The notes under the pieces were generated by a model, which was not told the origin of the DNA, searched no databases, and saw only the letters and a program-made list of their open reading frames with translations. The position numbers were made by a program, and so were the translations under genes. Of a DNA stretch of 64,000 nucleotides, positions 37,901-50,000 are shown one piece after another. The DNA is from Phoronis australis (lineage: Eukaryota > Animalia > Phoronida). Numbering within the stretch: the first letter of the stretch is position 1; each line of letters starts with the position of its first letter. The stretch is from NCBI GenBank assembly GCA_002633005.1, contig NMRA01000225.1, positions 573,947 through 637,946 of the forward strand, given 5' to 3'.

Positions 37901-40692
37901 ACTGTAAACACACATGAAAACATTCAGTAAGACATTCAATGAGTGCAGTTACCAGAGAAAATGTACGTGGCAGAGCCATCTGTGTCTTGATACAGTCTCA
38001 CTGCCTATCATAACAAACAGCCTTGCCAGTACTGTCACAATGTCACTCAAAACCAACTCAGAATCGTCTTTCGAATTACAAAAGGTTTTTGATTCCAATT
38101 TGGAAAGGATTTCCGACACAGTAAAGCATTACCTACAACTGACTCATGCAGCGACTTCTTCTGAATCAAAACAGATTGAAGTATTACAGAAAAGCTGACC
38201 GCCTAGAGGGACTTTTTCAACACATTGAAGTATTTCTTAAAGGTGAACCCTACAGGGACGTTTTCAACACAGTAAAGTACTACATACATCTGACCCCTCC
38301 AGAGACTTCTTCAACACAGCCACAACCTCGTCCTGGTGTGCAACCTCCTCCACTGTCTTAGGGCGACTGAAAAACAGCAGTCCTGAACATTTTAAAAGCA
38401 ATTAATATTCATTAAATTTCTCCATTAGGCCTTGTAATACCAACTTGATACCAGAGAAGTGTCAAATGCAAAGTGTTAAGTTAGTTGAATCTCTTTGGCC
38501 TGCTGCGGTAGCTAACAGACAACAAAGTAATCGAGAAGATCGAGCTCCAAAAAGGTTACGAAGTCATTACTTCTATTAAATTTCAAGGAGTGAATATATG
38601 TTCACATAACAAATGAAATGAAGTGTTTAAAGTGAATACTTGAATATAACATCAAGTAGCATGACAACGTGTGTCATAACAGGCAGCGACATCTGACGGT
38701 AACTCTGAAATGAACCATTCACACAGCATCAAAGTGTTGACGGTGTGCTGTCAAATCCACTCATTTACCGTGCAATTTCGCTGCACTGTTAACTCCAATC
38801 CAGGAACAAACTTAGTTAACCGTTCATGCAGTCAGACACTCACAAAACATTGATGCGTCGTGCTGCTATGGAAAGCCTCATGAATTCACACATCGTTAGT
38901 TCATGAAAGCTCCAGCACCAGGCACGCAGATGCTTAAAGTAGATGCAAACAAACTAAGCAGTCTGAGATACATAGTTACATACCAGTGTTCTCCACAATA
39001 CCAATTCCAAACTCGAGGCAAATTTCAAGAGTTCAGTATCAGTTGTCAACACTATCTTTTCTTTAGTCTATAGCCTTCACGACTCCACTAGAGGTATTTA
39101 TGTATGTTTTAAAAAATAATGTACATTGAACTTGGTCAGGTGTGACACTTTGTAGGGCCTACACGTGAAAACCGCGAATTGTGGTCGAAGTGCCCATTCA
39201 GCTGACGACGGTCTCATGAATAAAAAAGTTGTTAAAAGCACATGGCCAGAAAGCGCGCGCTACATACGTGTCACTTGTCATCGCAGACATTAGTTTTCGG
39301 GTAGCACATCGGCTAGAAATATAGATTGGCACTTATTTCAGAAAGTTTCTAATGCCGTAAAAACTGTTGAGTTATTTTTAAGAGATATTGCTTTATCAAT
39401 CCATTTTTAATGTATTCATAATAAGTGTTTTTAAAGTAAAGTACCTAATAAAATGCCCCACTCATAGTGGACACCTTCGCCCCCGAATCTCCCGGAAAAT
39501 AACTCAGACTGTCACGCATCCAGTCACCCGGCGACTGAATGACTTTCGGCCTTGGGCCATATCGAGACAATTCTCGCACGTTTTAATGTGCTGAAAAAAA
39601 AACGCGTTCTCGTGATACTGCTTGTGTTATTTCTTTAGTTACAATGCACGCCTATGTCGTTACATTGCATTTACTCCGGCAAACGAACGCTGATGACACG
39701 CGCTCTCGCTCACTCACACACGCAGGCGATCTTTTAAACGTGACTACGACATGTGAGTTTGTCAAGAGATTTTTCTCATGTTTCTGGGTACGATCTTGCG
39801 CATATTTAAACGGATCTTGTTCTGAATACCCACTCCACAGGAACTTAAATCTTAGGGACGCTACTTGGAAAACTGAAGTGAGTATTTCAGGTAATTTGTT
39901 AAGTCAACTATATTTATTCAAGCTGCCCTGTCGACGATCACTAGGCAGGGGCGCATCTTCGAGTTTTCGCCCAGGGATTTCAGCACAATTTTCTATAAAA
40001 CTATCGTAATTTATCAACGAAGTTTGATAGCAATGCACCACAGTTTTGTAGATACATCACATAGCGTAAATTCGATGAATCCTAGCTTCCGATTTCACCC
40101 GTTTCAGAGACCGGGTTTTCACCGCCTTGGGTTACATATGAATAAGCGTCTCCCCCCCGAAACGAATTTTACTAAGGGCCCCGGGTGCCTTATTACGGCG
40201 AATATCATACTATTAACTGCCTCTTGGTAAAGTGAACTATGTTTACTGTTGGTAAAATCAGGCTAAGATTAGATGATGAGGGCTGACGTACCACGTCAGC
40301 CAAGGTTTGAAACCTGGCGCGGCAATTTTTAAACTTGACGCGCTTTACCGAAACTCGACGCAGCAAAATATAAACCCGTTACCGTGTCGAGTCAAATCAG
40401 GTCGTGGAGAACACTGCATACATACAGACACTCCAACCATTTAGTTAAATAATACCCACAAACAACACAACTATCATTTGACAGACACATAGAACTGAAC
40501 ACAGAATTTTATATGGAAATCAAACAAATCAAACTGCATTAAGTTCTTAACAACTGTCAGCCATTACTTCACCACAATGCTGACGCCGACTTACTACTTC
40601 TCAACCCATGGAATGAGTTTGGGTTTGCCAGAATTTTTCTCTTTTGTTTTACTTGTCACAGGCTGTTTCGAACTTTTGAAAAAGGCCTCCAT
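28965..40692 (-). CDS. RFC4: Replication factor C subunit 4 (RFC 37 kDa), 352 aa
   Basis: Nine coding exons with GT-AG sites and consistent phases: 40692-40595, 38366-38288, 37875-37796, 35451-35332, 33698-33629, 33286-33092, 32159-32034, 30739-30542 and 29057-28965 (1059 nt). Motifs: MEAFFK, PWVEKYRP, Walker [60 protein letters not shown] and C-terminal [10 protein letters not shown]. Confidence 0.96.
31429..31632. mobile_element. ~200-bp MITE in an RFC4 intron
   Basis: Imperfect inverted ends TGCTCTTCACTAGTG / CACTGAATGGAGAGCA. Confidence 0.35.
34288..34630. mobile_element. Possible Kolobok-like MITE in an RFC4 intron
   Basis: TTAA-AGGGACTTATC ... GATAATGCCTCC-TTAA; the TIR is weak. Confidence 0.3.
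35980..36915. repeat. Old, diverged internally tandem-repeated element (HINE/satellite-like) in an RFC4 intron
   Basis: Recurring modules: (C)AAATTTCAT(G/A)AAAAT, GGTTTT(A/G)GA(A)GATAC, AATTGCCACTAG and AAAATCATCG..AGCT.TC.TCTT.CCAGT (~36070 and ~36470). Ends in a (GACA)n-like tract. Confidence 0.5.
38984..40416. mobile_element. Non-autonomous hAT-like element in the RFC4 intron following the ATG exon
   Basis: Perfect 13-bp TIR CAGTGTTCTCCAC / GTGGAGAACACTG. The flanks share TACATAC (imperfect TSD). Confidence 0.7.
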
Positions 40693-42711
40693 TTTCTGAA
40701 AAAAGAGAATGTCGCTAAGATGACAGGCAAAGACTAACACGAACAATTCGGAGTGCTGATATGCACCCACCATGTGCATCACACGCATTGCTGATCCAAG
40801 GATGACTATTATTTTAAATGTCACCAATAGAGGGAGCAGTGCTAGTAAATTGAAAATAACCTGTAATAGGTGTAAAGCAAGTCAACAGTGCACTCCTGAA
40901 TAGGAACACACCAGTCCTAGTTTCATCATGATTCTTCAAGCAGTTTGGAGGACAAGGGGCTGGGTGATTAAGAACAAACACAAAAGCAATAAAAAGGCCA
41001 CTAAAAGGCATGACATGGGCTAAATTCATCTGATACAGGGATGTGCTTCCATGTAAAATCAATTGGCCAAATAAAAGTCTTGACACAAACTCAGCGTCTT
41101 TAAAGATGCCACTCCTCCTTGAGTAAACTAAATTAGTTTCCAGAGCTAAAAAATGCAATCCCATGTTCTATCATTGTTCCATTCTTGGTAAATTTGCGAA
41201 GTGACCTTATTATCAGCTTTCAGCGTCATATAATGGACCGTGATCATATAGGACAGATTATTTCTTTCTTTAATAAGGCTAACCTACCCGGGTTTTCAAG
41301 TTAAAAATACCTTTTTGTTCTTCTTAAAGCCAGCAAATTATAGAACAAAACTACAGCATAATTATTTTTCACACATGTAACAGGTAAGGTGAATGTCACA
41401 ACAATCCTAGACTTTGCTAAACAACACGTAGCCATTTGCTGGCTATACAGGGCTACAGTACTCATCAATTTTTGTACTGATCTCATCTCGTGTATTTTAT
41501 ATGAGCAGTAGGCGAACTACAGTCACTAAATAAGGTGTTTTCATCCCATCAAAAATACCTTTTACACTTAAAATTGTCCCTTAAATAAGGGCTTCCTTTC
41601 TGGTTCAACATATATTCTCGATGAAGCATGTTTACCTGAATTAAGATCATTATGGAAAAGAATTTAAATCCCACTTATTTTGGTTGCCGCGATAACCACA
41701 GATAATTTCAATTCACCTCACGCGAGTTAGGCAACAAGCACGAAACTGAGCAAAGCACATGACCTGGTGCGTGACACTTGCAAAAAGTAATATGGGATAT
41801 ATCCAGTGAAATTTGTAAAATTTGAGTTCCCTGGACTTTCTGTTCGTCAACAGGCATGATGTTTAAAAACTTTCGCTAAGAAGCACCCAGTAAGGGAAGC
41901 TTGAATGAAATGTGATAGATTTCCATGCATATGTTTAAATTATGCTAATTAAATTGTCTCCAGAGTCATGGTATGTGTTAATTATAAATGAATGCATGTT
42001 TCGCTGCATTTTGAAATGAGTTGTTTTCTGTGAGGCATTCACAAGCAATGAAATGGCTCAAGATTGTGCATGCACCCCGACAAGTCATTAAAGCTCTGCT
42101 TGCAGGGATAATTTTAACAGTGCGTCCCGCATCATTTGTGATTGCTTAGCTTGGACCAACGGGTCCCTTAAAATTGGAAAGGAATAGGGACAAAAATCAA
42201 CATTTCCCATAGGGCCATAGGTCCACTAAATTGACCCACTCGCATTGAGGCTGCGTGGGTCAATTCATTCATACCCAGGCTTTTCTAAAAAGAAGATCAT
42301 AGATCCCTGTATAGTTCATCAACTGATCAATGATTCATCTCGAGGACAATTCGACCTTGTAGAAGTGCTTGGGCCACAGGATGTAAAATTTTGAAGGCCT
42401 GTGTGGTAATAGCCTAATATCCCGTTTCAAACCTTGTCGACAGTACATAAACAATAGAATGAAGTGTCGAACGCAGATACGGTTCGTAAGAAAGATGACG
42501 AGTCTTGCTCCCGCCAGGAGATCCACGTCATATCTCCTGATGCACACCAGTGTTAAAAATGACCAGTTGCTGATTTGGGTAACTGAACAAAGAACTAGCT
42601 GCTCTAAAAAAAGTTTGATTACGGATGGAATTAACGACATCGACGGCCTCCTAAGCCAAAGGTGTCCCTCTTTGCGCAAAATAATGTAATCACATGTAAT
42701 AACAACAGTAC

Positions 42712-44029
42712 CTGACTTTGTTTGATGTTTCAATCATTGTGAGGCGTAATTTGCCGAAAAGTTTCCGGTTTAGGAGGCGCTATATGAGCTTCACTGTGCC
42801 GACGATCATTCACAATGTTGACACTGTCTAGCCTAGCCCTAGGTCTAGGCCAGGTTACGTGCCTGGCCCAGTCCGAGACTGGGTCGGGTGACGAGGCTGG
42901 CTGTATACTAGCCTTGGCGCAAAGCTGTATACTAAATATACAGCTTTGCACCCATGAGGGTAAAAAATGGTAAGATAAAATCTGACACAAAATTATTTTT
43001 ATTAAAAACTTAACTTCCTTGAGTAAACTGAATTATTTAACGATGTTGGAAAAAATGGCGTTCTACCGTTATTCTGCTACTAATGTTGTGGAGTGATCTA
43101 TAACGAAGTCTTTCGGCGCCACGAAATATTGCGTCACCTATTGGCCTAGTTTCTTTTTTCGCCGATTCTTCAATCAACTTCTTCCATGAGGTTGCGTAGA
43201 TGTCACAACAAATTATCGGAAATGGTTTCATTTAGTAACAAGTTAGAATTTTGATGCCGAAAAATTGAATTTCAGAGGAAATTTTGCTGCTGCCAAGCTA
43301 CCATCATCTCCCGAGAGATGTCGCAAAAATTTAGGAAATGTCGCATGAGCGTGTCACGAGTATTGTTTTCAAAACGACGACATAACTATTATTTGTTACA
43401 AAAATCAAAGGATTACGCATGAAATTGACGTTAGTTGCATTGTTTTTCACTTAAACAGTTGTAACAGGCAAGGTGAAAGTCTGTTGATTCCCAGATTTTG
43501 CATGCACCCCGTCCGGTCTTTAGCTCTACATATTGATACAGGTTTCACGGGGAGTTGACGAGCAGAACTACCCTGCCTGTGTGCAATTTCGGGGTCTATA
43601 GAAGAAAACACACAGTGGTACTTAGCTGTATTTTGATGACAGTATTCATACAGCTAGCTGGCTGGCTAGCAGAATACGCAGTCGACATTAGATCCATATC
43701 CTGCATAATTGTGCATGATTGTAGCCAGGCATGATCATGCAGTTAAGTCACCCAGTAAGCTTTTATGTGGTCGTGTATACCATACGTAATCCTGGGATTG
43801 TTGGGAGCAAGGACACATGCATCATTTACCTGTCTTGCAACCCTTGGCAGTTCAAGGTCTGGAGAGCTGAGTATTGGCGTGGTGTTGTTGACAGTCTGGA
43901 AATTTGGCGCGTAATATTGAGAGCTATGTTCTACACATGTCTGTTTAACCATTTCCGGTTGAACACTTCCTGTTTTGCCTGCGACCATATCGAGAGCTTC
44001 GTTGTGCTTTGCACGAAACAAATGAAACA
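42712..44029. promoter_or_regulatory. Putative divergent promoter / 5'UTR region of RFC4 and GTF2F2
   Basis: The RFC4 ATG exon starts 3 nt after a TTTTTTCAG acceptor, so a non-coding first exon must lie upstream; a candidate donor is CAG|GTACTG at 42712/42711. The region has CpG-containing motifs (AAAATGGCG YY1-like at ~43052, CCGGAA ETS-like at ~42763). The GTF2F2 ATG is at 44030. Confidence 0.45.
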
Positions 44030-47000
44030 ATGGACAAGACGCACGATGTCCTTGACGTCGACTTGAGTGCGGCTTCTCGTGGAGTGTGGTTGGTTAAGGT
44101 GACGCTACTTTGTTCTAAATTACGCTTATGCCACTTAACACTCAGTATTAGGCGTGAACAGGATGTGAAGACAGGTTGCCATTGATTTAGTCACTAAATT
44201 TTAGTGAGGTGCAGGCCTAGGCTATAGTTCAGACGGCATTGTCTACCACCAGTTTTAGTCTTTAGTTTAATTGAAGCAAGTTCTCAAAATTAGGAGAATT
44301 TCTCTTCATCGGTAGAATTTGACCATATCAGGAGTATTGTTCTCTCGTTTGATCTGGCCCATTTGCTTTCACACACTTTTATGTCAAATTAATTTTATTA
44401 TTCCCAGAAAATAAATTATTTGTTCAATGCCAATGGCATTGTTTCTCCTTGGTTTCAAAAGGAACATGGTGGTGAATGATCTGGCGAATTTGCTTTCACA
44501 CACTTTATGTTAAATTAATTTTGTTACTCCCCGAAAATAAATTATTTGTTCAATACCAATGGCATTGTTTCCCCTGGGTTTCAAAAGGAACATGTTGGTG
44601 AATGGTCGAGCCGAAGTACAAAGCCAGGTGCCGCACCCTTTTGCGAGCCCTCATAGGTTCTGCCTCGAGTAGCAAAAACTAACTTTAATTTGTGCTATTT
44701 CAAATTGTCATCTGTGTGAATTAAGTGATTCGAAAAATCCAGGGGAATTTTGCAATCACTTGAGGGGAATTTTTGGGCCTCATGAAGGAATTTTGCATGA
44801 TTTTTTTAATATTTTAAGAGGCATACGGGGACTATATTTGGCCTCAAAATCGAGGGATTGAGGGCCCTGCACACTAATTGTATCTTAGGTAATTTCTAAA
44901 TCAACCTTTTCTGTTTTGGACAGGCTAGTGAGCTGTCAGATCTGCTATTAGCAAGAGACAACTATGTTTGCTGGTTTACTTTTTCTTGGGTGTCCAAATT
45001 CTCAACGGGATGTTTTAACTAGATTGCCTAAATTAGAGTCAGAGTTCCAATTGATATGTTCTGGACAACCTCTAGACAAAGTCCTGACCATTGCCACTGT
45101 GGTCTCTCCCTCTCTATCCGGTGCAGACTGTCAGAACTGGCCAGGCAAGCAGGTTCAATGACATCTCGGTGCCAGTGGTCCGTCTGCCAGCTAGCTGGAT
45201 ATGTCATACTGTATGCGGAATCGATATAATTGGTAAAAACTGGCAAAATATGTGAAGCTTACAAGTCTTTTGTTTGTAGAGTCCTCTCATCATGAAACTT
45301 ACATCAAGATGTGCTGATCATTCATAAGTCGTTGTTACTCACTCTGACATTTAAATGACACCCACTTTGTCCATGACAACTATCAAAGGAAACGTACTAA
45401 CGTTATTTACTTGCATCGTTCTTCCCCTTTTGAAAAGTCAAAGAAAATTCAAGACATCAATTTCTAAACACTTCTATGCCAGGCATGTTGTCATAGCTGC
45501 TTCGGTTTATTAGTTATAATAAGTATACAATGACTGGTAACCATGCCCTTGTGGATTCTGTTTATTTTGATATTTTATCACTCGCATCTTTGAGGTCTTC
45601 CAAACATGAACCTTGACTCTTGGCTGCATGTTAGATGCAGCAAACAAGTGTTGCTTTAAATGACAGGGTTTCATTTTTTGTAGGTTCCCAAGTATCTGTC
45701 TGACAAATGGCAGAAGGCAAATGGCAACACTGAGGTCGGGCGTCTTCGCATCAACAAACCAAGGTTTGTACACTTGTGATCTGAATTCCTATGATGGAGG
45801 AACAGATGCTGCACTGCAAATTTAGACAGCTCGACTTTGACGTATCTGTTGAATTCATTCTGGGCACAGGTTTTGTCATAAGGCTGCAAATAGCAAGTGC
45901 TTTTGAAATTGATGGTACCACCGGTACTCATTTATTAGTGCTTGTTTTTAAGGCTTTCCTCTCTTGTCTATAGTGAGATGCTTTAAAGCATTGCCACCAA
46001 GATATTTTATAGCTTTGCTGTAATTTTCAGTCAGTGAATACATAGCATAAAATCTATTACGTGATTCAGCGTTTAAATTTGTAAAATAAGAAATAATTTC
46101 AAATCTCCTTGGTTTTGTGATGTCAGGACTGGAATTTCACTTCCCCGGCTGCCTAATGTCAAAACTGCAACTTGATTTTAAGTTGAATTGTTTGTTATTT
46201 TTCAGAAGTTGAAGCATTGGCCCATTTTGTTGGGTCTGTGCTCAGCACAAGCATGTAATTCATTGCTTTGCTGCTTGAATGCTTCAAACACTTTGCATTT
46301 GGCTCGACTTTGTAGTGGATTTTCTTGCAGACTAGTGGAGACGTCGTCCACCTGTGACTCAACCACATTTTGTATTTTCAAATTTTCACATATTTCTAGA
46401 TTAAGAGGTCTTAAAACATTCTTAATGTCACACATATATAATTTTTTCCCAGTGGTCAAGACTATGGATGGACCTGTTCGACATTGATAGCAACAAATAG
46501 CGCAAATTACAACCAGATGTCTTTTTTGAAATTTTATTGCTAGCATTTATTCACAGTAATCGAAGTTAGCATGCATTTATATTCAGTTTGGTCGTAATGA
46601 AGCTACTTAATTTGAGTCTTGATGCCATCAATGTATGAGTGCAGATATGAAAGTCTCAGTATATTTGTAGATTTACTGGTGCAAAGCCTGAAGTTATCTT
46701 TACGGAGAAGTCCAACTTAAAGAGTGGCGCTGGAGAAGATACTACTCCCAAACATCACAAGTTTGTATTGACAGGTGTCGCCAGTCAATCATTAACAGTT
46801 CTGTCGCAGGGTCCTAAACCTGGTTAGTGCTGAGCCATGAATTGGCCGTCTCCTTTCTCTTTGCGATCACTACAGTTAAAAAGAATTAGCTGGAATATCA
46901 TTCTTTCGTTGATGATTTGCAAAAATTCAGACAGTTTATTATTTAAATTGCCTTTAACGATGTTATTATCAAATTTGTTAAGTTGATAACGCCAGCCTTG

Positions 47001-50000
47001 TTACGGAAATTTCTAGTTGAATCACAAATTGTGTTCTAATTAATATTTATGGATTGTTTGTCTAGCAGTGTCCTGTCGTGAAATGCGCGAGAGAGGATTT
47101 GGTAACTACGTGTATGCCTGTACAGTTGCCTTATTGACTTTGCAGAGAACATAGGGATAGATGGTAAAGTCATCCAGCGTGCAGAGTGTCGACCAGTTGC
47201 GGATGACAACTACATGAAGTTGAAAAGGTAACTGTTTCCTGCCTTCTCATTCAATATCTAAAGTAAATCTTTCACGAGTCGTGAGGCTCACTGAACCGGT
47301 TGTTAACTCCAGTTGCTGTAACATGAGGAGATGAGAGTTTGTCAAGTCCCTCTTGGCGGGACGCTGTTCTGCCACGGGTACTTCCCAGACATGCGTCAAA
47401 TGCACACTACGCAACAAAGTTCATATTGCCTTACTATTGAGAGAAGTTGCATATTGTGTAACTTGCAAGAGTTTATGTCTCATTTTAATTAGCCTTATAA
47501 TGATACTTCAGCATTTTAACCATCAAAACATCGTTGATATGTCAGCACAGTTGAGCTCATATGAGTCATCAGACTTTGGTACCATACGCAAAAAATGCGG
47601 ATTTGTATGGAAATGTGGCCTGTAGTACACAAATTTGCAAGACCAGGCCAAAGTATGCAAATTTGCAAGACCAGGCCAAAGTATGCAAATTCAAAGCAGA
47701 TTATTTACGAAGTTGTTATTCACAGGTAAGTATGCGCAAGATGAACACAGTTTCAAAATGCTGACGTGCTGAGACGATTGAATTTTCGATGTTTGGTCCA
47801 TGCACCAAAATCTGAAAATTTACTGAAAAATCTGCAAATCTGGTGTCCAACGTACTCAAATGCAGTTTTGGTGGTGCACAGGCCTGAGTCATATTGCACG
47901 GTGTGCTTAAGGCTTTAGTTTAAGTTTTGCATCAAGGATATTTATTGTTGTGTGCCCACACACAAATACAGGTACATGTGGTGAAAACGTTCTTGATGGA
48001 GCGTCATTATATTTTACTTCCTTGATGGATCTTCAACATTATTTAGTACATGACTTGTGCTCCTACTGAGGGGAGCATTAATTTTCATTTTGTTAATGTG
48101 GCAGCGTCTGGTAAAGAATATCAACTGACATGTATTCGCATCCATGGACGGTTGTTATAAACATGCAGTCTGAGATTGCACTCAAAAAGGATGATGAATC
48201 ACTTTGTTGTATTGGACACCTTTTGTCACAAAACGTGAACTTCTATGTCAAGTCATGCCTTCATTCTTGTAGGTCAGTGTTTGTAGCCAGCAATAAACCC
48301 AAACGAGAAGTGCAGCAGCTTACAGGGCCCGTACTGAACTACAAACCAGTGTCCAACCATGTGTCTAATGTAAGTGGTCTTAAGAGCACGTCCACGAATG
48401 GACCAGGCAAAAAGTGATAAAGGCTATGTCACGGATTTCCTCAATTGTTTGCATGATGGTAGGGGTTGATGCCCCAACCTTCATACTAACATTAATTTTT
48501 TTGCGTGCGCCACCTTGTGGTTGCTATGGGAACGTGTTGTGTTTCTGCCAATTCCAAGCCTCGTTACAGCTACATTTTGGCACTTTTTGCGAACTTACCT
48601 TGAGAACAATAGTGCAAAATGAAACACTTCAAGTTTATCACTGAATTGGGGTGTCTTTCAACTTGCCAGTCATAGAAAATGTCAAGGTTTCAGTTACATC
48701 TTAACCGTTTTTGAAGGCTACCAGTTTAGCTAGTTCGTGGTGATTCCAAAATGTTGAAAATTGCCCTACTTGCTGCCTCAATATCTCAGCTGAAGCCAAA
48801 TTTAAAACAACAAAACNNNNNNNNNNNNNNNNNNNNNNNNNNNNNNNNNNNNNNNNNNNNNNNNNNNNNNNNNNNNNNNNNNNNNNNNNNNNNNNNNNNN
48901 NNNNNNNNNNNNNNNNNNNNNNNNNNNNNNCAATCCCTAAATCCAACGCAGTTGAGTTCTCTACTAACCTATCTTGCCGCAGAATACTCGCCGATGGAAA
49001 GTGGTGGCGACAATTGGTGAAAAATAGCACAAAACAAAAGTAGAATAGAACAGATTCGCACAGTAAGCTCAACGCAAAACCAAGTGGCGGGAAGCGCTTG
49101 CCTCCTAAAACGTCACTTCCGGAAAAGCGGATGAGTAATTAATAAAATTACGAAAAGCTGTAATTAAGTGAAAAATATGTCTAGGATAACCAACCAACCT
49201 TATTTTAGCTCAAAATGACATGGAAAAAGGTTGCCTTCGCCTTTAATGTGGCAGCATCTGGTAAAGAATGCCAACTGACATATATTTGCATCCATGGACG
49301 GTTGTTATAAACATGCAGTCTGAGATTGCACTCAAAAAAAAGGATGATGAATCACTTTGTTGTATTGGACACCTTTTGTCACAAAACGTGAACTTATATG
49401 TCAACTCATGCCTTCATTCTTGTAGGTCAGTGTTTGTAGCCAGCAATAAACCCAAACGAGAAGTGCAGCAGCTCACAGGGCCCGTACTGAACTACAAACC
49501 AGTGTCCAATCATGTGTCTAATGTAAGCGGTCTTAAGCCATGCTGACTGTAACCAGAGGCCGGTTGAGTGAAAATGTCAGAATATAAGAACCTATCAAAG
49601 CTCCCTAACTATCTAGGAATTAGCCATCCAGCTAACTATATGAAGGCTAGCTGGGAAATCAATGTGCTTGGTAGTGCTTTGCTTTTGGATCATTGCTAGA
49701 TGTGGTCTGAAATGCAGTCCTGTCTCATTCCAAATGTTCCCTCAGGTGCATAGCTCAACATACTTCTTGATGGTGCTATTACTATTTGAACCTGGTTTGA
49801 TGGACTGTATTGAACTACTAGATTATTTAATAGATGCTCTGAGACTCGTCTCCTTCAATGGGATGATGCTGACCTCTTGTGGCGTAAACTCCAGTCACAT
49901 GATATCTCATCTGAGATCTACATGTTGAGACGTCTTCAAAGATCTAACAATCTAGATAAATACAGTTCAGCAGACCAGATTCAAGCAGCAATAGTTTGAA

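Noticed and set aside
42335-42990. ORFs of 132, 76 and 86 aa between RFC4 and GTF2F2
   Set aside because: No motifs or consistent splice pattern; probably intron or 5'UTR sequence.
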